Shown piece after piece: positions 17,893 through 28,400 of a stretch of 64,000 nucleotides of DNA. The stretch's first letter is position 1; every line of letters begins with the position of its first letter. Location of the stretch: positions 62,001 through 126,000 of IMG/VR virus record IMGVR_UViG_3300009104_001827; one strand, written 5' to 3'. The notes under the pieces are model-generated. The model was given only the letters and a program-made list of their open reading frames with translations. It made no database searches and was not told the DNA's origin. A program made the translations under genes and the position numbers.

Positions 17893-19656
17893 ATGGCACA
17901 AGGTAATCGGTTTCATTTAAGCTATGAACGTATGGCTATGTTTGTTGATGGGGCTCCGGCATTCAAGGATGCTGGGACGATAACGCCAGAACTCTTGAAA
18001 AGAATTCAAAATATTTCTTATTCTTTTGACTATGGCGCCCAGCAATTAAAGGAAATCGGGTCTCATGAATATATAAAAGACAAATCTCCTGCTATATATG
18101 ACGGCGGCACCCTCGTTGCTCCCGCAACCTCAAGAGTTCCGATTATAACTCAGCCGCAAGTTGAGTTGAGTTTTAGTTATTTCTTTTTTACAGGAGGTAA
18201 TGAGGAGGCGATGGGATTGAACGTATCTTATGTCAAAAACGAATCTCTATATCTTAATCCGTGGGTCTCGCAAGCCTATTCCGCAAATGATACCGTCAAA
18301 CACTTAACTAAAGCGTGGAAAGCGAAGCAAGATACCGTTGGTGCAGACGAGCCTGGGACTAGCAACAAATGGGAAGACATTACCTATACCAGAATAACCG
18401 GAGACGCATGGGAGGCTTTGGCCGACTCAAATGAGCAGGCGAAATACTCTGCCGGCATATTTAACGGCTCAAAATTATATGCAAAACCCAACTGGGCAAC
18501 CTATGGGCCCACAGCCGTAGCCGACAAAGGGGATGTAAATTTTTATGTTGTGGCCGAAGACACCAATGCGAGAGAAGATATAGTCGGGAGAAAGGACTCC
18601 GCATTCGACGATATAGATTTTATAGGATTCGGAAATTGCTTTCTTACTAACTATACCCTGAACGCAGCAGTGGGGAGCTATGCCTCCTGTGATCTTACTT
18701 ACGCTTGCAGTAATCTGGCTTTTGATATTTATAAGCACAGCGATAAGCCAAAATGCCCCGCTGTTGATAATGACGGCGCAAGGTCCGCGCTAACTGTTGC
18801 CCTTCCGGACCTAACAGACGCATTCGAATCCACTTCTGAGGGGGAACCTAGCCTAGTCATGCGGCCGGGTGATATCGAGGTTAAATTCACAAATAATAAA
18901 CCCAACCAAGGCGAAGATGAAGGCTTTCATTCTCTAGATCTAAATTTTGAGAGAATGTCCATTCAGAACATGCAAATCTCGCTGGACATAGAACGCAAGG
19001 ACATTAATGCATTCGGCTCGAACTACATGAAGGACAGAAAGATTCAATTCCCTATACTGGGAACCCTTCAAATAAGCGCCACGCTAAGGGAGTTCGCCCA
19101 GAAGGGCTCAATCGAAAACATTTTCAACGACGATGTTGATTACGATGTAGAAGTTATTTTATACGATAGAACTTCTCTGTCGGACAAAAGGAAGCGCGCC
19201 ACGTGGAAAATCAAGGGCGCCAGACTGAACGCGGAAGCACATTCGGCGACTATCGACGACTTTGCTCAGATTGGCGCCTCATTTGTATTTGAAGTCACCA
19301 CTACAGGCGGCATGGATATCGTTAGGGCTTTTATGGGCGGGTTTAACGGCCCATTGTATATTAACTATGATTACCATCGATACTCGGGCGATAACCAGAA
19401 CACGACTAGGACTGTCGAGTTAGTCGATGGACTACCGCCAGTCGGTCTTCATGAAGCGATAGTAGGTAGAGTATTTACCGCGTTTTTTCTGTCTACCGCC
19501 TACGCAAACGCGTATGTGTCTGCTGTAAGAGTCTCAACAATATCTGCTCAAGGACCTTGGGCTGAAATTAATTTCGACCCGGCGAGCAGGAAGAGTACTC
19601 TTAACGAGAACGGAGTTAATTATATAACGTACGATATATTACTACCTAATTTCTAA
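17893..19656 (+). CDS. Tail-tube-like protein, paralogue of 19663-21312
   Basis: Colinear similarity to the neighbouring gene: LKRIQNISYSF/LQRVQSANYSF, GNCFLTNY/GNGYVTNY, MRPGDIEV/LRPGDIEM, RKIQFPI/RPLDFPL. Confidence 0.6.
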   Translation: MAQGNRFHLSYERMAMFVDGAPAFKDAGTITPELLKRIQNISYSFDYGAQQLKEIGSHEYIKDKSPAIYDGGTLVAPATSRVPIITQPQVELSFSYFFFTGGNEEAMGLNVSYVKNESLYLNPWVSQAYSANDTVKHLTKAWKAKQDTVGADEPGTSNKWEDITYTRITGDAWEALADSNEQAKYSAGIFNGSKLYAKPNWATYGPTAVADKGDVNFYVVAEDTNAREDIVGRKDSAFDDIDFIGFGNCFLTNYTLNAAVGSYASCDLTYACSNLAFDIYKHSDKPKCPAVDNDGARSALTVALPDLTDAFESTSEGEPSLVMRPGDIEVKFTNNKPNQGEDEGFHSLDLNFERMSIQNMQISLDIERKDINAFGSNYMKDRKIQFPILGTLQISATLREFAQKGSIENIFNDDVDYDVEVILYDRTSLSDKRKRATWKIKGARLNAEAHSATIDDFAQIGASFVFEVTTTGGMDIVRAFMGGFNGPLYINYDYHRYSGDNQNTTRTVELVDGLPPVGLHEAIVGRVFTAFFLSTAYANAYVSAVRVSTISAQGPWAEINFDPASRKSTLNENGVNYITYDILLPNF

Positions 19657-19662
19657 GCGTTA

Positions 19663-21312
19663 CTACTTCCATTTACCATCTGCAATAAACGGGGCGAAGT
19701 CTGTAAGGAAGTCAGCTGCTACTGCTCCACGAGATCCCGCAACCATAAGTCCTCTAGCCGTATCCTCTGGACCTCCGACTTGACAGGAGAACGTAATGTC
19801 CACTGATTTATTGTCCCCAATTGAAGAACTGAAGGCTTCCCCTTCTAGTTGTGCTCCTCTGACATAAAATGCCATTGCTACGGGGCCGGTTCCATCTGGG
19901 GTAGGCTCTCTTAAGATAAAGTGGAGATCATGATTCTCATGATCAAATAGTTGGTCCGCTACATTGCCCGCCTTAAGGTCGGAGACAATCGCACTAACCG
20001 AGACAGAAACTGTAAGCGGAAAGTCGAGCGGTCTAGAATATGCATAAGGAGTTCCAAGTCTTTGGATGGGCGTTCTACCCATGGGAACATCAATGCTAAA
20101 GCTTTGTACATGACAGGCGCCTGATGTATGGTCCGTCGGAGGATCTTCTCCGGGGAGCGTATTCATAACTCCCGCTGCGCCCGCTGCCCCCAAGTGCATT
20201 TCAATGTCACCTGGTCGCAAGCATGACCATCCATCTGCTTGGCCTGAATGATCGTCTCCGTCTTCATCTGTACTGTCAGCCGCTGCTTCGTTCAAGACGC
20301 CGCTCACTGGTGTTGGTAAGGTAAAGGTTAGTCCTCCCTGCTCCCTATTCTCGTCACTGCCCTTGCTGGAACCATTAACGGGAGTTCCCCGCTCATTGTT
20401 CACCGCAGGCAGTGGAACATTGTGAAATCCGCTGTCAGACCTAAGGTTAAGGCCCTCAACGGTCACGGAAGCTGTTGGCATCCCGCCAACGGAAGCCTCA
20501 ATTCCGTAGTTGGTAACGTACCCATTGCCGAGCGCAATTGTTGAAACCTTAGAGGCTCCTCCGGGGTCGTCGTCCCCGTCTATGTTATCAAATGCTGAAT
20601 TTCCGATGGCATCCGTGCCCTGTGGAGTCGTAAGGATAAAGAAGTTTCTTCCCCCTTCGTTTTCCGAAGCTGAGTCGGTTTTAATAAAATTGGTGGCCGA
20701 CTTGTCTTCAAGCTTCGCCAATGTCGATACATTGAATCCAAGGAGCGCTTCGTTTGCGCCTGTAGAGAGGTAATAGGAAAAGTCTAAAGAAACAGTAGGG
20801 GGATCAATGGCAACTGAATCTATCCTACTGAGTTGGCCGAACTGGTTAACGTCTTGTCGGTTAATTGTGAAGCTATAATTTGCGCTTTGTACCCTTTGGA
20901 GTTGTCTGGCTCCCTTTCTGAAGTACCAATTGCCGTCATCGTGGAGATCTTCCAGTCCAATCAGCGGAGGCTTACTCGCATCGCTAGTGTGGTCTTCTGT
21001 CACTTCAAAATAGTATGTCATATCCTCGCCGCCGAGCTTCTCGTCCTGTGAGAGTATTGTCCCCTTGGTGTAAGTCTGACCTCCTGACCATACGGCTGGC
21101 GTCTTGTCTATTGGCTTGTTTACTAAAACAAGCTTGTTTGCTTCTGGGTTAGGTATTACGTTCTCATCGTTTGTCAATGGTACGCCCAACAATCCTACGC
21201 GTTCTCCGCTTTCATAAGACGCATTTAGCGCCGACGCATGATAGCCGGTAGCCAGGGGCTGCCCAACATATAATGCTTCACTCTGATAAATTACTCTGTT
21301 TCTAGTTGCCAT
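19663..21312 (-). CDS. Probable major tail tube protein (two tube-like repeats)
   Basis: Strong SD (AAAGGAG). Beta-rich, with an internal repeat (VQSANYSFTINRQDVNQFG..PPTVSLDFS / VQSFSIDVPMGRTPIQRLG..FPLTVSVSVS). It lies downstream of neck-like genes. Confidence 0.65.
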   Translation of the reverse strand: MATRNRVIYQSEALYVGQPLATGYHASALNASYESGERVGLLGVPLTNDENVIPNPEANKLVLVNKPIDKTPAVWSGGQTYTKGTILSQDEKLGGEDMTYYFEVTEDHTSDASKPPLIGLEDLHDDGNWYFRKGARQLQRVQSANYSFTINRQDVNQFGQLSRIDSVAIDPPTVSLDFSYYLSTGANEALLGFNVSTLAKLEDKSATNFIKTDSASENEGGRNFFILTTPQGTDAIGNSAFDNIDGDDDPGGASKVSTIALGNGYVTNYGIEASVGGMPTASVTVEGLNLRSDSGFHNVPLPAVNNERGTPVNGSSKGSDENREQGGLTFTLPTPVSGVLNEAAADSTDEDGDDHSGQADGWSCLRPGDIEMHLGAAGAAGVMNTLPGEDPPTDHTSGACHVQSFSIDVPMGRTPIQRLGTPYAYSRPLDFPLTVSVSVSAIVSDLKAGNVADQLFDHENHDLHFILREPTPDGTGPVAMAFYVRGAQLEGEAFSSSIGDNKSVDITFSCQVGGPEDTARGLMVAGSRGAVAADFLTDFAPFIADGKWK

Positions 21313-21374
21313 AGTTTGTCTCCTTTATTCTTGGATTCCTTTGTTATTACATTCTTTTTAAAAAAATGAGAACT

Positions 21375-22238
21375 TTAAATTCTTGGATATCTATATGTTA
21401 CCACTTCGAAGTCGATAAATCCTATAAAAGTGTTGGGGTCAATTTTCTTTGTAATTCTGTCGCTGAGCTTGGAAACATCTACCCTGTCGATGTAATGCAA
21501 CGCCGCCGGATTTGATGTAAGGCGTGCATCGGAAAGTGTTTTATAATTAAAATCTGGAGCGTCACCAAACTCGGTAACGGGGTAGTCCTCAAAGCTAAGC
21601 GCAGCGAAACACTCTTTATTGGAATCATTGAAAATGGATAATATGCCGTCTAGCTGATAAATGTTCTCTGCCATAATTACGCATCGTATGTCTGTCATTG
21701 TCTGGTCTTGCCCTCCAAAGCTGAATGGGTCGTTGAAATTGCGTGCATTATTAATAAAGATCGCGGGCGTCACGTGCGCGTACGGGGGGATGGGAATTTC
21801 CTCGGCCTTAAATCGACTATTAACTTCAAATTTTGATTCAATAATTAAATTTTCTTCTGTTTCATTTGTTACATATATATTGAAATCTTTTACAGAATAA
21901 TTCGCCGTTATGGTGGAGGTTGTTGCTGCTGTTGTTATTACTCTGCCGTTTTGGTGATCTATTATAAGTTGTGGATCGGCTCCTGAGCCGTCATTTCGAG
22001 ATACCGACGACCCGTCGATCATTACGCTGTCGGGAATCTGAGCCCCCGAAATACTTTCATCGTAGACCCATTGTTTGTAGGGGCTAGAGAAGCCGTTGAG
22101 CCCTGGCCCCAACCTTGAGTCTTCAAGATAGCTTAACGCTCCAGACTTGTTCTGATATGCTTCTCCTCTTTTTAATAAATAATTATCAAGCCAAAGGGTG
22201 AAGCTGGTTGTGATTTCGTGCTGGAATTGTGGTTTCAT
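21375..22238 (-). CDS. Putative tail completion/terminator protein
   Basis: Sits between neck-like genes and the tube gene. TPAIFI...PFSFGG...DIRCVIMAEN resembles terminator-type proteins. The call is mainly positional. Confidence 0.4.
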   Translation of the reverse strand: MKPQFQHEITTSFTLWLDNYLLKRGEAYQNKSGALSYLEDSRLGPGLNGFSSPYKQWVYDESISGAQIPDSVMIDGSSVSRNDGSGADPQLIIDHQNGRVITTAATTSTITANYSVKDFNIYVTNETEENLIIESKFEVNSRFKAEEIPIPPYAHVTPAIFINNARNFNDPFSFGGQDQTMTDIRCVIMAENIYQLDGILSIFNDSNKECFAALSFEDYPVTEFGDAPDFNYKTLSDARLTSNPAALHYIDRVDVSKLSDRITKKIDPNTFIGFIDFEVVTYRYPRI

Positions 22239-22819
22239 TAAAATCTAATACCTCTGCTTTGTAGTTTTTTCTTAAAGTTGTTTAATATAATAGATATATA
22301 CGAGGAGTTTCTAAACCTGCCGCCTACGTTGCCTTTTACTTGTATCCCTTCTCCTGACCTGCTTGACGCAGTATCGATATTCATGTATTGCCCCATCCCT
22401 GAAATGCCGTGCTCTATGCTCTTTAGCCAGCTCCTGCCGCGAGCCCATCTTAGGGGTGTTGCCCTGAAAAGCTGCGACCTTGTTGGTATTTCAGCTGAGT
22501 ATTGGCGAACGCCTCCTTTGAGATTTTCTTTGAAAAATTTAATCTTGCACCCTCGCTCCAGGACCTCTCTTAATTCCTCTGTGGGTCGATCTCCGTCTTC
22601 AAATCCCAGGAAACCAAAAAGGCTTCCCCTGCTTACTAGGCCTGCGTCTCCCTCGTTGTTAAGATCTCTAGTGATGGGGTGATTGTCGAATTCCTCGAGC
22701 ATCTCTGATTTTGCTCGCTCGAAAAAATCTTGAGCTTTTGCGTCCATCGCCCGAACGACCTTGCGGTCTTTGAGTAAGGCCACCTGTAGTGATTGCTTCA
22801 ATGCCCTGTCTCGAATCAT
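22238..22819 (-). CDS. Putative neck/tail completion protein
   Basis: Basic 193-aa ORF, translationally coupled to both neighbours. Positional inference. Confidence 0.35.
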   Translation of the reverse strand: MIRDRALKQSLQVALLKDRKVVRAMDAKAQDFFERAKSEMLEEFDNHPITRDLNNEGDAGLVSRGSLFGFLGFEDGDRPTEELREVLERGCKIKFFKENLKGGVRQYSAEIPTRSQLFRATPLRWARGRSWLKSIEHGISGMGQYMNIDTASSRSGEGIQVKGNVGGRFRNSSYISIILNNFKKKLQSRGIRF

Positions 22820-23277
22820 TGTGTTTCTACTGGTTTAAGATAGAGCGTATAAAAATCAACGTCAAACAATCCGTGCGGCCTTGGGTCGGAATCTACTAAA
22901 AACATTCTGCCGTCGAATTCAATGCGCTTTGCATCTCTGATGTAATCGTAATCTACCTTTTTTAATTTAATCCTCACCCTACTTCCGGAATCTACTCTAG
23001 AGATTTTTGTTGATGTCCCAAATTCACCAAAGTATTCTGTATCCCTGTTGTCATCGTAACGAATGCGAGCCTTGAAGACCTGCTTTTGCGGCACATTGGT
23101 AACGCTAGAAGTGCTCTCGCTCGTCTGGTTGTAGATATAATTATAATTGGGGTCAGTACTAATCACAACCTTCTGAGCTTCCTTATATACAACGATGTCC
23201 CTGGAGAACGTATCGTGCAGGTTGTTGAATTGGCTTGCTATTATTGATTTAGCTGCATCGGAAAGAAAACTTGACAT
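22816..23277 (-). CDS. Putative head closure / head-tail joining protein
   Basis: 153 aa and beta-rich. The C-terminal RIEFDGRMFLVDSDPRPHGLFDVDFYTLYLK resembles SPP1 gp16/FII-type stoppers. Confidence 0.45.
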   Translation of the reverse strand: MSSFLSDAAKSIIASQFNNLHDTFSRDIVVYKEAQKVVISTDPNYNYIYNQTSESTSSVTNVPQKQVFKARIRYDDNRDTEYFGEFGTSTKISRVDSGSRVRIKLKKVDYDYIRDAKRIEFDGRMFLVDSDPRPHGLFDVDFYTLYLKPVETQ

Positions 23278-23286
23278 ATATTATTC

Positions 23287-23307
23287 TACACTAAATAATA
23301 TTGTGTA
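23287..23307. promoter_or_regulatory. Divergent pair of GTGTA putative late promoters
   Basis: TACAC at 23287-23291 (9 nt to ATG 23277) and GTGTA at 23303-23307 (22 nt to ATG 23330). Confidence 0.6.
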
Positions 23308-23329
23308 TTGTTAAATAAGGAATAAGGTT

Positions 23330-23617
23330 ATGGAGGCAGAGGATATTTTTCGCAAACACTGCGAGCGGAATACGGTTACTCTTTTTAAGGGTTTCCTTGT
23401 TATGTTGGAAGACCTACAAAAGGAGCACGAAATTAATTTTGGCAAATTAAAAAGGAACCTTCCAAAGGAATACTCCCCGCTCATTGATCAAGCCAATTAT
23501 TTTGATCAAGAAAAGGTTCAGCACCTTCGAAAGCGCACCCTGGACATTGGCAATGAGGCCATTAGGAATATCGAGGGTGGGTTTGAGAATTTCACTATAG
23601 ATTTTGTCTTTAAGTAA
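23330..23617 (+). CDS. Hypothetical protein (95 aa)
   Basis: Clean ORF with SD-like AAGGAATAAGG and an upstream GTGTA motif. Confidence 0.7.
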   Translation: MEAEDIFRKHCERNTVTLFKGFLVMLEDLQKEHEINFGKLKRNLPKEYSPLIDQANYFDQEKVQHLRKRTLDIGNEAIRNIEGGFENFTIDFVFK

Positions 23618-23642
23618 CTATAATAAAGAAAGGAATAAGTAT

Positions 23643-24452
23643 ATGGCAACTGATGTTTTAGAAAAAGAGGATACCGACGCCCCCGTCAAAATGCGGGAGG
23701 TATATAGTTTTACGGTAGATAAGGTTGAGAAGGTTAAGGTCACTGAAACCGAGGAGCGAAAGAACGAAGACGGAACGACTGAAGAAGTTGAGGTCACCAA
23801 GGAGGTCGAGGAGCCCGTCCCTTATCGAGTAATTATTAAGCAGCCGAACCGTAGGGAAATGGAAGAAGCAGAGCTTGAATATAGTATCGAGATGAGTAGA
23901 TGTATTAAACAAGGAATTCTCACTAAGGCGATGTTGTCTAAAAAATATTCTGACAGCGGTGGGCTTATGGCTGAAGAGGATGCGTCTGCACTCACTAGGC
24001 TCTATATGAAATTCGGGGAAATCAGTAATGACCTTACGAGGTTAACCACTAAGGTTAAGAAAACCGATAAGGACAAGGAGAAAATTAAAAAATTATCCGG
24101 CAAACTCGGGGAGACCCGCAAGGATATAGTTGATATGGAAACCAATTACGCATCTTTATTCAACCACACAGCGGATTCACGCGCCCAAAATAAAGCCGTG
24201 ACCTGGTACCTCTTAAACCTGAGCTACCTCCGCAGGGATAACGAAGAGGATACCGAGCCCATTTTTAAGGGCGATACCTTTCAGGATAAAATCGATGAAT
24301 ACTACAGGCTTGAGGAAGAAGGTAGTGAGCTCTATGATATTATATCCTCAAGGCTCGCAACCTATATTAGTTTTTGGTACTACAGCGCCGGAGCCGTTAC
24401 CGACGAAGACTTTGAGACTCTACAAAAGGACATAGATGAAGGAAACGTCTAG
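23643..24452 (+). CDS. Putative tail assembly chaperone (acidic, coiled coil)
   Basis: ATG 23643 follows AAGGAATAAG. Helical protein two genes upstream of the TMP. Function is positional inference. Confidence 0.45.
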   Translation: MATDVLEKEDTDAPVKMREVYSFTVDKVEKVKVTETEERKNEDGTTEEVEVTKEVEEPVPYRVIIKQPNRREMEEAELEYSIEMSRCIKQGILTKAMLSKKYSDSGGLMAEEDASALTRLYMKFGEISNDLTRLTTKVKKTDKDKEKIKKLSGKLGETRKDIVDMETNYASLFNHTADSRAQNKAVTWYLLNLSYLRRDNEEDTEPIFKGDTFQDKIDEYYRLEEEGSELYDIISSRLATYISFWYYSAGAVTDEDFETLQKDIDEGNV

Positions 24453-25438
24453 TGTCCACCACCAATTACCGTAAGGCATTTAGGGATATTGTTCGAGGTT
24501 TTTCCACCACCGAACACAACGGAGCTTTGATATATATCAAGCACCTGACTCCCCACGACCAGGTGGAGCTCGAAGACATTACCGAGCTATATGAAAAAAT
24601 CGCCCAAGACCGAGGGCTCCCCACGGAGGACGAGATGTTAGAGATATTGTGTGAAGGGGGAGATTGGACAGAGAAAGACGAAGAGGAAGTTGAGCGCCAA
24701 GAGAGATTCATTAACACTATGGAGGAATCCAAGAAGAACCTAGTCCTTAAGTCTGCTCAGGATCAGCAGAATAAAATTATCGAAAGGGAACTCGACAAGC
24801 TTAATAAGAAGAAACAACAGCGACTGGATTTACTCGGCAATACTTGTGAAAAATACGCGGAACAAAGAACTCATGACTTCTACATCCTCCGCAGCTTTCA
24901 AAAAGATAAGGCCGGAGAGGTTCCTCTATATACTGAAGAAGAATATGATGAACTAGATCAAGCATATGTCTCATCTCTTGTTAATTTATATAATGATATT
25001 TTTAATTCTTTTACCGAGGAGTCTATACAGTATTTAGTATTAGAGGAGTTTTACCAACCTTACTTGGGCTTCTCTGATGACAGTATGCAGTTTTACGGTG
25101 TCCCGTTTTGCAAGCTAACATATAATCAAATAAGAATGATCGTGTATACCCGAATCTTTAAAAGTATATACGAAAATAATCAAAACATTCCAGAGAAAAT
25201 TAAAAAAGATCCAAAGGCTTTATTGGATTATGGTAGTATATCTGAAGAAGAGAAAGAAAAAATGAAGAGCAGGTTTGAGGACGCCGACGGGGCAACGCTG
25301 ATTGGGGCAACAGACGAGGATTATGAATACCTCGGCATGACTAAGCCCAACCAGGGTGTTAGCCTGCATGAGGAAGCAAAGAAAAAGGGCGGATCTCTAA
25401 GCATGCAAGACATGATGAAGCTTTCCGGGGCTGGCTAG
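24452..25438 (+). CDS. Putative second tail assembly chaperone
   Basis: GTG start overlaps the upstream TAG. Helical protein immediately upstream of the TMP. Confidence 0.45.
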   Translation: MSTTNYRKAFRDIVRGFSTTEHNGALIYIKHLTPHDQVELEDITELYEKIAQDRGLPTEDEMLEILCEGGDWTEKDEEEVERQERFINTMEESKKNLVLKSAQDQQNKIIERELDKLNKKKQQRLDLLGNTCEKYAEQRTHDFYILRSFQKDKAGEVPLYTEEEYDELDQAYVSSLVNLYNDIFNSFTEESIQYLVLEEFYQPYLGFSDDSMQFYGVPFCKLTYNQIRMIVYTRIFKSIYENNQNIPEKIKKDPKALLDYGSISEEEKEKMKSRFEDADGATLIGATDEDYEYLGMTKPNQGVSLHEEAKKKGGSLSMQDMMKLSGAG

Positions 25439-25448
25439 TATAATTTAG

Positions 25449-25453
25449 GTGTA
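25449..25453 (+). promoter_or_regulatory. GTGTA putative late promoter for the TMP gene
   Basis: TTTAGGTGTAATAC, 22 nt upstream of ATG 25476, with an SD-like TAAGGT. Confidence 0.55.
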
Positions 25454-25475
25454 ATACCTTGTCAGGGTATAAGGT

Positions 25476-28400
25476 ATGAGCATTAATGTAAACGTCCACG
25501 CTAACACGGATCCTTTGGTCAGGGATGTTCACGCTGCCGTAGACAGAATTAACAGGTCGGGAAGACTTAAGATTCGAATTGACGATAAGGGGGTTACTCA
25601 GCCGCTGGGTAACATGAAGCGCGGCGCCGACGAATTTACTAAATCCCTTGAGGCTTCTAATGCTCGTGTTCTTGCCTTCGGGGCTTCCGTGGGGGTTATT
25701 AATGCTGTTGCCGGAGCGTTCAAGGGATTGGTTCAAGCTACTATGGAGGTGGAGAAAAACCTAACCGATATTAATGTCGTTATGGGGCTGACCACTGGCC
25801 AACTTGATAAATTCGGCGGAGGGTTAATGAAGGTCGCCGCCGAAACGGGAGCCGGATTCAGGGCTGCGTCGGAAGCTGCCACGGAATTTGCGAGGCAGGG
25901 TCTTTCTGTTAACGAAACCCTCAAGCGAACAAAGGACGCCCTTATCCTAACGAGACTGACCGGGATGAAGGCTGCGGATTCAGTGAAATCTTTGACTGCC
26001 GCGATGAATACGTTTAAGGGGGAAATAGCAGACTCAACAGCCCTGGTAAGTAAATTCGCCGCCGTAGATGTTAAGTTCGCGGTTAGCGCGGAAGACTTCG
26101 CCCAAGCAATAGCGCGAGCAGGGCAATCCGCCAGGAGCGCAGGGGTTGATATCAATCAGCTTATCGGATTGGTGACGGCAGCTCAAGAAAGAACCGCTCG
26201 CGGTGGCGCAGTTATCGGTAACGCCTTTAAGACAATCTTTACTAGGGTCCGGCGTAGTTCTACGCTGGCAGAGCTGGAGAATCTTGGTATTGCCGTCCGT
26301 GATCTGCAAGGCAAAACTTTACCTGCCATGAAAATCATGCAGAGCCTGGCCAATACATACGACACCCTAACGGACGCTCAAAGAGCCTACATCTCACAAA
26401 ACGTCGCAGGCGTATTCCAGATCAACATTTTAAAAGCCGCCTTGGCAGACTTGGGAAAAACAAACAGCGTAACCGCCCAAGCCACTGCGATAGCTGCAGG
26501 CGCAACAGATGAATCTAACAGAAAGAATGAGCAACTCAGGCAAACCATGTCTGCTCTTGCAACTGAAACGGGAGTGGCCATCCAGGAGCTCGCAAAAAAA
26601 ATAGGAGATATCGCTCTTGCTCCAGGCATAAATAAGGTTTTAGATGGAATCAAAGGTATGGCCGAAGGGCTAGGCGGAATACTTGGCGACGGGGAACAGG
26701 AAGGAAATAAATTCGCTCAGGGTCTCTTGAGGGGCGTGGGCAACATCTTGACTGGTCCGGGTTTGGTGATGTTCGCTGCTGTCGCAGGAAAACTATTTGT
26801 TAATGCCGTTAAATATGCCCAGCAAAGCTTGGGCAGTCTTCTGAATATTAATAAAACCGCTAATGCAAGACGAAACATTGAGCAAAGCTTAATGCAGGTT
26901 CTTACTCAAAATGCAGGGCTACAAAAGGAAATGCTGCGGACAGACATAAGCCGAGAACAGAAGGAGCGAACTATTCTCCAGCTCATTCAGCAGCAAACCC
27001 AAGAGGCTAGCCGACTTGCGGCCCTGACTAAGAGCATGGCTCCCGTCATGATGCGACAAGGTATCGGACCCGGCCTGTCCATGAGGAGTGGGGGACGTGG
27101 CGCGTCAGGTTTTATCCCGAATTACGCAGCCGCAGATGATGAAAAGGCTGAGGCTAGAAAGGGCGGATATGCCCCCGGAGCAGTACGCACAATGAGGATG
27201 CCCGGCGTCGGGAGCGTTGTATATAACACCGCTGAAAGGGTTAAGAAATTTCCAGGGCTGACGCAGCCCGCAATTATGCCTCCAGGAGGTAAGGCGAAAG
27301 ATAATTATACAAAGGAATTCTATGGCACTCACGGTTTTGACCCATACATGGCGGGAGGAGGGTATGTTCCGAATTTTGCAAAAATTGGTACATCTCAGGC
27401 AATAGAAATGATAAGGGGCGGGCGCAACCCTCAGGGGTGGAAATACAGAAAAGATTTGCCCGACGACATAAAAACGCTCGCTCAATACAACATGAAATCA
27501 AGTGCAATCGCTATTCCTGCCACGCAATACCAGCGCGGGCAAGCGGGTCAAATGCGAGCAGCCAAAGACAAGAAGGGAATTAAGGAGTTTGACGCCAGCC
27601 GTTTATTTACATTGCTAGCATTAAAAGGCGGCGGAAAGGCACACGCCTCATTATACCCCGGAGGAAAGCTTAAGGAAATTTACGGTAGAGCCGCGAACGC
27701 CGACGGAGTTCTGCCTAAGATAAAATTCAGTATCTCGGGCTTCAAGCGCGCGAATATTCCTTCTGCAGAGGATTCAGAAAAAGACAATTTAGAAATAATT
27801 CAAGAAGATTTGCTCAAATCAACCGTGCCGTATGCGGTTAACTTTTCCAACAAACTAAACCTTGGGGACGCCGACCCGACCACCCCCAAGCTCATGGAGG
27901 CGGCGTTAAAAAAGGGTGGGAGCGGCGCTCTTGGCGCGCTATCCGGTTTAGTCGGAGCCATATTCGAGGCTTCCATATCTACAAGGCTTCCAGATTCAGA
28001 CCCCGACGGGGCTCCTGGAAAATTCAAACATGCCGGTGGCAGTATTTCGGAGGTCGGCGGTGACTTCGACGTAAGGGATATAAAGAGCAACAGCATTATA
28101 TCCACGCTTTTTGACCCAGGCCCAATAGCGGATATTGGAGACTATAAGACTCAGGCAAATGACGAAACTAAGAAAAGCATGGCCAACAAAATTGCAAAGG
28201 AAATGATCTACCGCAGGCACCCTGACTTCGTTGGGGAGAAAAACCGGGATGGCGGGATATATTTCGGTAGTGATGGCAAGCCCCTTTACGGAAAACCCGA
28301 AGCCGGCCAAGGTACAGCCGTAAGTGGAAAGCTTAAAGACCTGTCGTCAATTAAGGGGGCCGGCTTTGTTCCCAACTTTGCATCACTTGAAAAATATTTA

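Noticed and set aside
24437-24454. Programmed -1 frameshift between the two putative tail chaperones (A GGA AAC)
   Set aside because: Not a canonical X XXY YYZ heptamer, the -1 frame is open for only four codons, and a coupled GTG start explains the overlap.
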